Source of the DNA: a virus | Taxonomy: Duplodnaviria; Heunggongvirae; Uroviricota; Caudoviricetes | Virus record (IMG/VR): IMGVR_UViG_3300028048_000043 | DNA length: 64,000 nt | Direction: 5' to 3' (one strand) | Part shown: positions 56,553-64,000 of the stretch, in pieces | Layout: every line of letters begins with the position of its first letter | How positions within the stretch are numbered: the first letter of the stretch is position 1 | Notes under the pieces: generated by a model | Told to the model about the DNA's origin: nothing | What the model saw: only the letters and a program-made list of their open reading frames with translations | Database searches by the model: none | Translations under genes and position numbers: made by a program

Positions 56553-58150
56553 ATTGTGACGTTTACGTTCTTTTTAACCATAACGTCTTTTTCTCCCTTT
56601 CCGTATTTTTCTATTATTTTTGCTTCGCTCCAATTTTTCTTTTCGGCGTGTTTCTTTTGTGGCGGTAGAGCTTTTACATCTCTAGCCGTTTTTATTTTGT
56701 CTCCGAAGAACTTGAACAGGTTTCTTAGTTCTACGGATCCAGCTCTTGAAGCTTTTTTAGTGAATGCTGTTATTTTATTAGCATGAATTTTATCAGCTAT
56801 CTCTTTAGCAGCATACTCAGATGTTGATGCGATAACGTAAACGTCTCCGTCCCCATATGTGATTTTAAAAAGATCTTTCTTAGATTGATAATTTGTATAT
56901 GCCTCTCCGATTTCTGATTTTGATGATCCTAGAGTATCAAACAATATTTGTTCGGCGTCGGTATCGTTTCCGGCTGGATAATTAAACCTGAACTCAGCGA
57001 ATGCTGCACACATGTGATGAAGATGATCTGTCTTATATAAAGGGTTTGGCATCTTTTCGTCTGACGTTTTTCTAACAGTTGGTTTTGTTTCAGAAATGTT
57101 TTTAACCTTTGGTATAGATATTTCTTTAGAGTCAACTGATATTTCTTCAACAATCGGCTTCGGAACAACCAAAGGTTCAATAAAAATTAACCCTTTATTT
57201 CCATTGTTTATTGCATTACAAAGAAGTTTTCTTTGCTCAGTTGCAGTAGCTATAGCTTCTTTTTCATTTGTCGCTGCGACTATCGCTATCTCTCCGTTAT
57301 CAAAAGGAACCGTGTACTTATTATAGTTTTCGTTCGTTTTGATCGCCGCGTTCATGTTTTTGTACACTTTCTTTGTAGTAAGAGTGTCAATAACATAGTT
57401 TGCTTCCATTTTTGCGTTTTCTTTGGTATCTGCTAACAAACGGATAACTTCACCGTTTGTAAATGTAACAAAATACTCTTTGAAATCTAGGCTTTTTATT
57501 TCTTCTGGTGTGAATGGAAGCAATTCTCCTGTTGATGAATCAACAAATTTGTTTATGTCTTCAGGTGTTGCCGACTCAACATCTTTTCCAGTCTTTTTCT
57601 TGAACCAATCTTTAACTTTGTCGATGATTCCTTTCTTTTTTGCTGCTTCGTATCCAACGGCTCCAGCTGCGCCAATACCTAGCATTTTTAACGCACCTTT
57701 TGATATACCCTTTACGGCGTCAACCGGCCAAGAAACGGCTTTGTGAAGATATGATTTGCCCGTATCTGCCGGATCTGCAATAGCGTCTACCCAGAATCCG
57801 GGCATTAAACGATTTCTCCAAGCTTCCTTATTTTCCCATCTTTGCTGAATTCTATGTGTTAATGCTCCTATTCCAGCAAAAAGAGTTACTGGCCAAGCAA
57901 TTGCTGTTGTTATAGCTAAACTTGGAATTGATTGTAATACGGCTCCGATTCCCTTTACGTTGGATTCGCCTCCACCCGTATGAGATGTCCAACCGCTTCT
58001 TCCCCAATAATTTCCTTCATTTAAGGCGTTTATTATTTCTTCTTCTCCATATTCTTCTATAAGAGATTCTACGATAGCGATGTCATAATCGTCTATAATC
58101 TTAGGAGAGTTTTCTAGATTTTCTGGAGAATATATTTTTTCTACAATCAT
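56549..58150 (-). CDS. hypothetical virion-like protein (533 aa) with hydrophobic hairpin and three internal repeats
   Basis: ALNEG motif, hydrophobic SLAITTAIAWPVTLFAGIGAL, and three [FY]xVxFxNGE..A...A...A repeats. ATAAATA on minus at 58174-58180. Confidence 0.6.
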   Translation of the reverse strand: MIVEKIYSPENLENSPKIIDDYDIAIVESLIEEYGEEEIINALNEGNYWGRSGWTSHTGGGESNVKGIGAVLQSIPSLAITTAIAWPVTLFAGIGALTHRIQQRWENKEAWRNRLMPGFWVDAIADPADTGKSYLHKAVSWPVDAVKGISKGALKMLGIGAAGAVGYEAAKKKGIIDKVKDWFKKKTGKDVESATPEDINKFVDSSTGELLPFTPEEIKSLDFKEYFVTFTNGEVIRLLADTKENAKMEANYVIDTLTTKKVYKNMNAAIKTNENYNKYTVPFDNGEIAIVAATNEKEAIATATEQRKLLCNAINNGNKGLIFIEPLVVPKPIVEEISVDSKEISIPKVKNISETKPTVRKTSDEKMPNPLYKTDHLHHMCAAFAEFRFNYPAGNDTDAEQILFDTLGSSKSEIGEAYTNYQSKKDLFKITYGDGDVYVIASTSEYAAKEIADKIHANKITAFTKKASRAGSVELRNLFKFFGDKIKTARDVKALPPQKKHAEKKNWSEAKIIEKYGKGEKDVMVKKNVNVTI

Positions 58151-58206
58151 TGTAATTAAAAAGTACCTTTCTTTATTTATCTATTTCTTATTCAATTAAA
58201 TTTCCG

Positions 58207-58215
58207 TATATTTGC
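58207..58215 (+). promoter_or_regulatory. Bacteroidota-type -7 promoter element (primase)
   Basis: ccgTATATTTGCgcaGTG; the start codon is 4 nt after TTTG. Confidence 0.65.
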
Positions 58216-58218
58216 GCA

Positions 58219-59322
58219 GTGAATACTATATTTGATACATCAGGATCAACCGCAGGGTTGGAAACTCAGAACTTATCGAAGGATGAGTTCGTTGCGTCCA
58301 TTATTCCGAAATTGCAAGCAATTTTGGACAGGGCGTTTCCAAATGATCCACAGAAAAGAAAGATACGTGTATATAAGGACAGAATAAATTTCGCTGCTCC
58401 TTGTTGCGGAGATTCGGGTCACGACAATCATAAAAAAAGAGGAAATATTGTTCTTGAGGGAAGGTTCAAAAACGTGTATAAGTGTTTCAACTGTGGAACA
58501 TCTATGATGCTTCCTACTTTTTTTAAGAGGTATGGACAGAATCTTTCTCTCGATGAAATCGATTATATAACAGCAAATCGACCAGATTCGTCTTCATTCG
58601 GAGGAGGATACGGAATAGATTCCGTTTCGTATCTTTATGATATGGACGAAGTGAACAAATATGCAATCAATAGAGAAACTTTCAAAGCAAGATTGGGTCT
58701 AGTGGAGTGTGACACTGTTTCATTTGGACACAATTATTTGGTGAACAGAATGCAATACGATTTCAAAAAGTTTCTTTATTCTGTTCAAGCAAACAAGCTT
58801 TTTATTCTGAATCTTACTCCGGAAGGAAATATACTCGGAATTCAGGTTAGGAGATTTGATAAAAGTGGACCTAAATACAAGACGTATGGGTTGCAAAAAA
58901 TACACGAGATAATATTTAGGGATGGTATAGTTGTTCCAGATGATATCAATACGATGTCTATGCTTTTCAATATACTTCTTGTGGACTGTACCCGCGTCGT
59001 TACTATAACAGAGGGACCTATGGATGCATTCCTTCTTAAAAATTCAATAGCACTTTGTGGTGCAGGTAAAAACATTGTTCTTCCGTTTGACCAACGGTAC
59101 ATGTTCGATTCAGATAAAACTGGGCGCCAGCACACAATTGAAAAGTTGAAAGATGGATATGATGTGTTTCTTTGGGACAAATATATAAAGGATGCGAGTT
59201 TGCCGAACAGAAAGAAGTGGGATTTTAATGATGTTTTGCTTTATGCAAGGCAGTTCGGATTGAATCTTCCATCCATAGAAGGATATTTCAGTAATGATGA
59301 ACTAGATACAATTTTTATTTAA
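58219..59322 (+). CDS. DNA primase (T4 gp61-like)
   Basis: Zn-binding PCCGD...YKCFNCG, TOPRIM ITEGPMDA and FDSD, KWDFND. Confidence 0.9.
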   Translation: MNTIFDTSGSTAGLETQNLSKDEFVASIIPKLQAILDRAFPNDPQKRKIRVYKDRINFAAPCCGDSGHDNHKKRGNIVLEGRFKNVYKCFNCGTSMMLPTFFKRYGQNLSLDEIDYITANRPDSSSFGGGYGIDSVSYLYDMDEVNKYAINRETFKARLGLVECDTVSFGHNYLVNRMQYDFKKFLYSVQANKLFILNLTPEGNILGIQVRRFDKSGPKYKTYGLQKIHEIIFRDGIVVPDDINTMSMLFNILLVDCTRVVTITEGPMDAFLLKNSIALCGAGKNIVLPFDQRYMFDSDKTGRQHTIEKLKDGYDVFLWDKYIKDASLPNRKKWDFNDVLLYARQFGLNLPSIEGYFSNDELDTIFI

Positions 59323-59323
59323 T

Positions 59324-60238
59324 ATGTTAAACATAGAGGATATAAAAAAATTACACAAAGAACATCCATTTCCGAAAGAAGTTTCGGATATAAGGGAGAG
59401 GATTCTAAACAGTTTCAATGATTTGAAATTTGATCCTGTTCCACATACATATTTAGTTGAAAGTGGAATTGGTCTTGGTGTAGAGTTAAGAAGTGTCAGC
59501 TCGTTTGTAGAGTCGTTTTCTCCAAAAGAGGATTGGGATGCAATTGCGGAGAGATACGCCGCTAAAAATGGATTAACTGTTCCATCCGTCAAACGAATGT
59601 GGAAAGAGAATAATATTCGTTCGACAAATAACGGAACATCAACACACTTGTTTCTTGAGTCATATATGTGGTTTTTTCTAAACATGCCGTATAAAATAGA
59701 TCCAATCATTCTTCCACAATATGAAGACGGTTATCTTATACCATACGGACCAAAGCAGGAAGCTGGCGCAAAGTATTTTCAGGATCTTTATGATTCATAC
59801 TACAATGATGCGATATCTATAAAGGTTTATCCTGTCATGCCAGAAACCAGGATGTATGTTTTTGATAAAAATAAATTCGGGATGAAAACAAGGTTCGCTG
59901 GGACAATGGATATACTTCTAGCCTATTGTGATCCATATGATAACAAGTGGAAACTTATTTGCGATGACTGGAAAACGAATAAAAGTTTATATAACGATTA
60001 CAATAGGAAAAATGGATGTTATCTGGATTATCCTTTTAATGATATCATAAACGAGCCCATTGGACATTATCAGATACAGCTTTCTAGTTATACACTTATG
60101 CTTAGGCAACTCGATTACGATGTCACAGCAAGGAATCTTGTTTGGTTAAAGGATGATTCTAAATATGAACGACATCAACTTAAAGATTTGTCAGAAAGGA
60201 TACTTGAATACGATAAATTTATAAATAATAAATCATAA
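59324..60238 (+). CDS. PD-(D/E)xK exonuclease (Cas4/RecB-like)
   Basis: F..VPHTY, GTSTH..LE, PETRM, FAGTMDIL...ICDDWKTN, HYQIQLSSY. Confidence 0.85.
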   Translation: MLNIEDIKKLHKEHPFPKEVSDIRERILNSFNDLKFDPVPHTYLVESGIGLGVELRSVSSFVESFSPKEDWDAIAERYAAKNGLTVPSVKRMWKENNIRSTNNGTSTHLFLESYMWFFLNMPYKIDPIILPQYEDGYLIPYGPKQEAGAKYFQDLYDSYYNDAISIKVYPVMPETRMYVFDKNKFGMKTRFAGTMDILLAYCDPYDNKWKLICDDWKTNKSLYNDYNRKNGCYLDYPFNDIINEPIGHYQIQLSSYTLMLRQLDYDVTARNLVWLKDDSKYERHQLKDLSERILEYDKFINNKS

Positions 60239-60254
60239 ACAATAATATTACAAA

Positions 60255-60707
60255 ATGGTACTTGATGGACTTAAATGTGTTCGTTGTTTACACGAACTAG
60301 AGCTTGTAGAATCTGTCGATTTTGAAGATGATGAAACCGGCATAACTCATTATTTTCATTGCCCTTATTGTGGAGCAGATTTTGAAATAACGGAACCAAC
60401 TGAAGAACAAAAGAAAGAATATGATTTCTGGAAAGATCCGGAAGGACATCTTGCGCGTATTGACCATCAAGACGTATTCAACGGTCATTGTATAAACTGT
60501 GGTCATAAAATAGGTGTGTCAGGAAACTTTATGTTATCTGATTATGACGATACAACCAAAGAGAGTGCAGACAAAATGAATTTTGTTCTTACTACGTGTG
60601 AGAATTGCGGATGTTCAGAGGTAAGATGGGATACATCTGAAGATGATCAAAAGATTTATCCTTACTGGAAAAAAGCTAAGGAGGAAAATAAAAATGATGA
60701 AAAATGA
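60255..60707 (+). CDS. multi zinc-ribbon protein
   Basis: Four CxxC pairs: CVRC, CPYC, CINC, CENC. Confidence 0.7.
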   Translation: MVLDGLKCVRCLHELELVESVDFEDDETGITHYFHCPYCGADFEITEPTEEQKKEYDFWKDPEGHLARIDHQDVFNGHCINCGHKIGVSGNFMLSDYDDTTKESADKMNFVLTTCENCGCSEVRWDTSEDDQKIYPYWKKAKEENKNDEK

Positions 60708-61335
60708 ACCAGACAGTGTTAATCTTTTTGATTTTGGGTGCCCTGTTCCTCTGGTTACTCACGAACAGCGTATTGAGCGCCTTAAGAAGAAAAAGGCAGA
60801 AAAAAGAGAACCTTCGCAACACAGAAGAGCATCGAATCCTGCGCCGAAATCAGGGTCAGTTGAACTCTCAGTGGAAAAATCTGCTGTCGATGACGATATC
60901 AGAGGAGAATCTATTGAAACAGATAAAGTCGGAAATATTCCAGGACGTAAGAATTCTGCTCGCAAACGAAAAGGTTGTACAGACTCTGATGAATCAGGTG
61001 TCGTCATTGGAATCTCAGTTGAAACAAAAAGAAAGCGACATAAAAACGATGGCGCAGGAAATGGAAGCGTTGATACAGAAATACAGGGATCTGGAACAGA
61101 AAGAAAATCAAAATCCATAGACCTTTCTGATTTTAATCTTTCAGAGTTTCCTGTTAGTAATAAGATACTTAGTCCGAGACAAATTGAAGCTGGACCATCC
61201 GAACCAGATAATGATTATAACGTGGAGATCGTTATCGATGGAAACCGATATAAAGTTTCAAAATGGTCAGTAAACGGCAATGTATATACACAAGGTCTTG
61301 ATTCTAATTATCTTACTCACAAATACAAGGTTTGA
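60694..61335 (+). CDS. hypothetical protein (213 aa), disordered N-part and compact C-terminal part; overlaps 60704-61120 in another frame
   Basis: ATG in an A-rich context, phage-typical A/T-ending codons, and it is the only frame that covers 61121-61335. Confidence 0.5.
   Translation: MMKNEPDSVNLFDFGCPVPLVTHEQRIERLKKKKAEKREPSQHRRASNPAPKSGSVELSVEKSAVDDDIRGESIETDKVGNIPGRKNSARKRKGCTDSDESGVVIGISVETKRKRHKNDGAGNGSVDTEIQGSGTERKSKSIDLSDFNLSEFPVSNKILSPRQIEAGPSEPDNDYNVEIVIDGNRYKVSKWSVNGNVYTQGLDSNYLTHKYKV
60704..61120 (+). CDS. bitopic membrane protein with coiled coil (i-spanin-like architecture)
   Basis: ATGA overlap with the upstream stop; VLIFLILGALFLWLL TM segment followed by RRKRQKK and a heptad-rich region. 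Confidence 0.5.
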   Translation: MNQTVLIFLILGALFLWLLTNSVLSALRRKRQKKENLRNTEEHRILRRNQGQLNSQWKNLLSMTISEENLLKQIKSEIFQDVRILLANEKVVQTLMNQVSSLESQLKQKESDIKTMAQEMEALIQKYRDLEQKENQNP

Positions 61336-61372
61336 ATCTCTTAAATAAATAGAGAAAGAAAAACGCAGTATT

Positions 61373-62083
61373 TTGAGTTCAATAAAATCAGACAGGCTTG
61401 ATTTTGAACGCCTGTTAAACGGTATAGACCCAGTTGATGACATGGGGGTGGCTCCAAACAAGCTGTCCCCGTCTGTCGTATCTAAACCTTCATTAGATGT
61501 CGTTGATAATACTTCTCCGGCTGAGATAATGAATGCTAAGGCATTTGAGTTCGATTTTGAAGGTATAAGGAAAGGTATAAGAAAGAGATGTAGGAAGATG
61601 GTTCTGAACATTGTAAATCATGTGCTTCCAAACGATATAATTGATTTGGAATACATAAAGGATAAAATCGAACAGGACACAGAAACCCTTACGGTGCTCT
61701 ACATGCAGGTTGAAATCAACACTATAATGCAGAAGACTCTCGTGGAATCTGTTGCAAAGGGGCAGATTGCCCCAAGAATGTTTGAAGTGTTTAATCAGGC
61801 AACAGATACGGTTCTTTCAATAAATAAACAAATAGTTGATACTGAACAAAGGATAAGAAAAACTTATCTTGATCTTAAGTTTGAAGCTAGAGAGAAGATA
61901 AGTGATGATCTGGCTCTCGGTGTTTCTCAGAACGGACCGGCATCAGGAAATATGATTTCAGGTCCAAACGTTACTGATTCTGGAAAGGGGGTCCTTGTTA
62001 CAAATACAACTGATTTGATAAACGGTGTAAAGAAATTACACCTTGAAAATATGAAAAGCGCACAATACGAAATAAAAGAATAA
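61373..62083 (+). CDS. terminase small subunit (T4 gp16-like); start codon uncertain
   Basis: IAPRMFEVFNQATDTVLSINKQI resembles the gp16 PRxxEVF helix; two genes before TerL. ATAAATA at 61345-61351. Confidence 0.6.
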   Translation: MSSIKSDRLDFERLLNGIDPVDDMGVAPNKLSPSVVSKPSLDVVDNTSPAEIMNAKAFEFDFEGIRKGIRKRCRKMVLNIVNHVLPNDIIDLEYIKDKIEQDTETLTVLYMQVEINTIMQKTLVESVAKGQIAPRMFEVFNQATDTVLSINKQIVDTEQRIRKTYLDLKFEAREKISDDLALGVSQNGPASGNMISGPNVTDSGKGVLVTNTTDLINGVKKLHLENMKSAQYEIKE

Positions 62084-62085
62084 AA

Positions 62086-62457
62086 ATGATATCCGAAATC
62101 TACATAAGAGATGAGCATGATCCTAACTTTGAACCAGGAATAATCGAGTACAAAGATGAGATAGAAAGTATAGTGTCTCAAATAAAAATGTTGCTTGAAA
62201 CAAAACCTGGTGATGTTCTCGGAGACCCGGATTTTGGTCTTGACCTCGAATATTATATTTTTGAGACATCTGTTAATTCTGAGGCTATCAGAGAAAAGGT
62301 TAACGACGCCATCAGTATGTTTGTTAAGCACACGAACAACACTTCCGTAGATGTCGAAGTTTCTTTCGGAAAGTCTGCTAGAGGCTATGATTATTGTGTC
62401 GTTGATATAATAGTCAACGGAAGAAAAGTCGTAGGATATCTAATAGATAAAGACTAA
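62086..62457 (+). CDS. baseplate wedge/sheath initiator (T4 gp25-like)
   Basis: IKMLLETKPGDVLGDPDFGLDLEYYIFE matches the gp25/GPW signature. Confidence 0.85.
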   Translation: MISEIYIRDEHDPNFEPGIIEYKDEIESIVSQIKMLLETKPGDVLGDPDFGLDLEYYIFETSVNSEAIREKVNDAISMFVKHTNNTSVDVEVSFGKSARGYDYCVVDIIVNGRKVVGYLIDKD

Positions 62458-64000
62458 TGCCAGCACCAAAAGAAGGACCAAGAAAACGCAGTAGAGTATA
62501 TTCAACTGAAGCCATCAACAAGCTCCTAAAGGACAGATCGGAAGGATACGAGATAGACTATAGTCCGTTTTATCAAAGAGATTTGGAATTAAGAGCTCCT
62601 GGAGTTGTGTTCCAGATGACCGAGCAAGAGTACAGTGAATATGTAAAATGCTATGAAAATCCACTATACTTCATCACAAAATACTGCAAATTTAAAAACG
62701 ATGACGGATATACTCTAGTCACATTAAGAGAGTTCCAGAATAAAATAATTAAGTACGCGACAGAAGAGGTTTATGATCCTGAGAAGAATAAAATATATCC
62801 GAAAAACAGGAACATAATATGGATGGCTGCGCGTCAAAGCGGTAAGACTACAACACTCTGTTCCATACTTGCATATAAGATGATTTTCAACCCATCTTAC
62901 AACTGCGCTGTTATGGCTAATAAAGATGATACAGCTAAGGAACTTGTTTCAAAAATCACTGACATTTTCAAAGGTCTTCCTTATTTTTTGAAACCTGGTT
63001 GCGATAATTTCGGTAAGACCGGAATGCGTCTTGAGAATGGTTCAAGACTTATATCTTCAGCAACAACAAACACGGCTTCCATCGGTTTCACTATTAACTT
63101 CATGATTCTCGATGAGTTCGCCCATATTCCTGAGAACATTGTAAATAATTTCTGGCGTTCTGTTTATCCTACATTGTCATCTTCTAATGTCTCTCAGTGT
63201 ATGATAATTTCAACCCCTAACGGAACAACAAACAAATTCTATGAAATATGGTCTAAATCCATAGAAGGAAGGAATTCATTCGTTAACTTGAGAACGGATT
63301 ACTGGGAAGTTCCTGGACATGATTCCGCTTGGGCTGAAAAACAACGCGCCGACTTTGGCGATGAAGAATTCGCTCAGGAGTTTGAGTTGCAGTTCAGCAA
63401 AAACTCAAAAGCTTTGTTATCTGCCGAAGATATGGCGTTTATCGACAGAATTGCAGTTGATTATGTTCAGAAAAAAATCAACATCCAGAATCAGTACCTC
63501 AATGATCCACATCTCGTGTGGCACCCTAATTTCGATCCAAACGATATAAATCCTAAGGATAAGTTTGTAATTATTGTTGATATAGCCGAAGGTAATCAGG
63601 ATCCGGATGAGATTAAGAAAGAAAGCGGCGACAGGACTCCAGATTCGAATTCATTCAGCATATTCAAACTCAGATTAAATTCAATATCGAACATAAAGAA
63701 GTATTCGTATTTGAGCTGTGGTATTCCTGATTGTGTTCGTTTGGTGCAGGTAGGGAGATATTCTTCAAACGAGAATGATGAGATATATATGGCTAAAGTC
63801 GCATCTGCCGTTTGCTATAATCTGATGAACGATGATGTGAACGACAGCGTTCGTGTTATGGTTGAGATGAACTTTAATGGTTCCGGGTTCTTTAACGAAT
63901 TTAGAAGACACGTTCGTTTCTCTGATGCGACCGTTTTGAAGACATATCATAAAAAGCTTATGCCTGGTGAAAAACAAAAGAAAAAGGTTGGATTCAAAAC
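62457..64000 (+). CDS. terminase large subunit (T4 gp17-like), 3'-truncated; absent from the supplied ORF track
   Basis: TAATG overlap at 62455-62459. Manual translation gives MPAPKEG...LREFQ...MAARQSGKTTT (Walker A)...ILDEFAH (Walker B)...ISTPNG...VDIAEG (nuclease Asp). The frame is open to the window end. Confidence 0.92.
   Translation, partial: MPAPKEGPRKRSRVYSTEAINKLLKDRSEGYEIDYSPFYQRDLELRAPGVVFQMTEQEYSEYVKCYENPLYFITKYCKFKNDDGYTLVTLREFQNKIIKYATEEVYDPEKNKIYPKNRNIIWMAARQSGKTTTLCSILAYKMIFNPSYNCAVMANKDDTAKELVSKITDIFKGLPYFLKPGCDNFGKTGMRLENGSRLISSATTNTASIGFTINFMILDEFAHIPENIVNNFWRSVYPTLSSSNVSQCMIISTPNGTTNKFYEIWSKSIEGRNSFVNLRTDYWEVPGHDSAWAEKQRADFGDEEFAQEFELQFSKNSKALLSAEDMAFIDRIAVDYVQKKINIQNQYLNDPHLVWHPNFDPNDINPKDKFVIIVDIAEGNQDPDEIKKESGDRTPDSNSFSIFKLRLNSISNIKKYSYLSCGIPDCVRLVQVGRYSSNENDEIYMAKVASAVCYNLMNDDVNDSVRVMVEMNFNGSGFFNEFRRHVRFSDATVLKTYHKKLMPGEKQKKKVGFK

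Noticed and set aside
59324-60238. Cas4 as part of a CRISPR-Cas system
   Set aside because: No cas1/cas2 or array in the window, and no four-Cys Fe-S motif. Solo PD-(D/E)xK exonucleases beside primase are common in phages.
1-64000. tRNA, rRNA, integrase or transposase genes
   Set aside because: Intergenic gaps are short and AT-rich with no cloverleaf or rRNA-like sequence, and I recognised no recombinase or DDE motifs in any ORF.

Overview
This window is a 64-kb slice of a large T4-like contractile-tailed (jumbo-type) bacteriophage, read with the standard genetic code and mostly on the + strand. The likely host is an anaerobic Bacteroidota: a TAnnTTTG(C) promoter box recurs upstream of early/replication genes and there is a DUF4494-like gene. 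Replication and nucleotide genes include nrdG, thioredoxin, nrdD with an intein, an FTR-like ORF, a gp41 helicase, gp47/gp46, gp32, a Dam methylase, a fractured polB, a probable clamp and a primase. Morphogenesis genes include a gp21 protease/scaffold, gp23 capsid, sheath, tube, tape measure, gp6 and gp25 baseplate proteins, TerS and a truncated TerL. The most unusual feature is polB. Its catalytic YGDTDS motif is cut twice: a mini-intein and a split intein flank a two-residue (Thr-Asp) extein, and a free-standing Vsr-like endonuclease gene lies between the split-intein halves. Other highlights: (i) an apparently self-contained FTR-thioredoxin-class III RNR electron chain; (ii) a C-terminal 'LF' tail on four consecutive polymerase-locus proteins, suggesting clamp tethering; (iii) recurring (I/L/V/M)xE motifs predicting protease-matured head cargo, including a Pol-beta nucleotidyltransferase and a degenerate SET-domain protein. 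I saw no rRNA, tRNA or CRISPR array. All family assignments come from reading motifs by eye, not from database searches.
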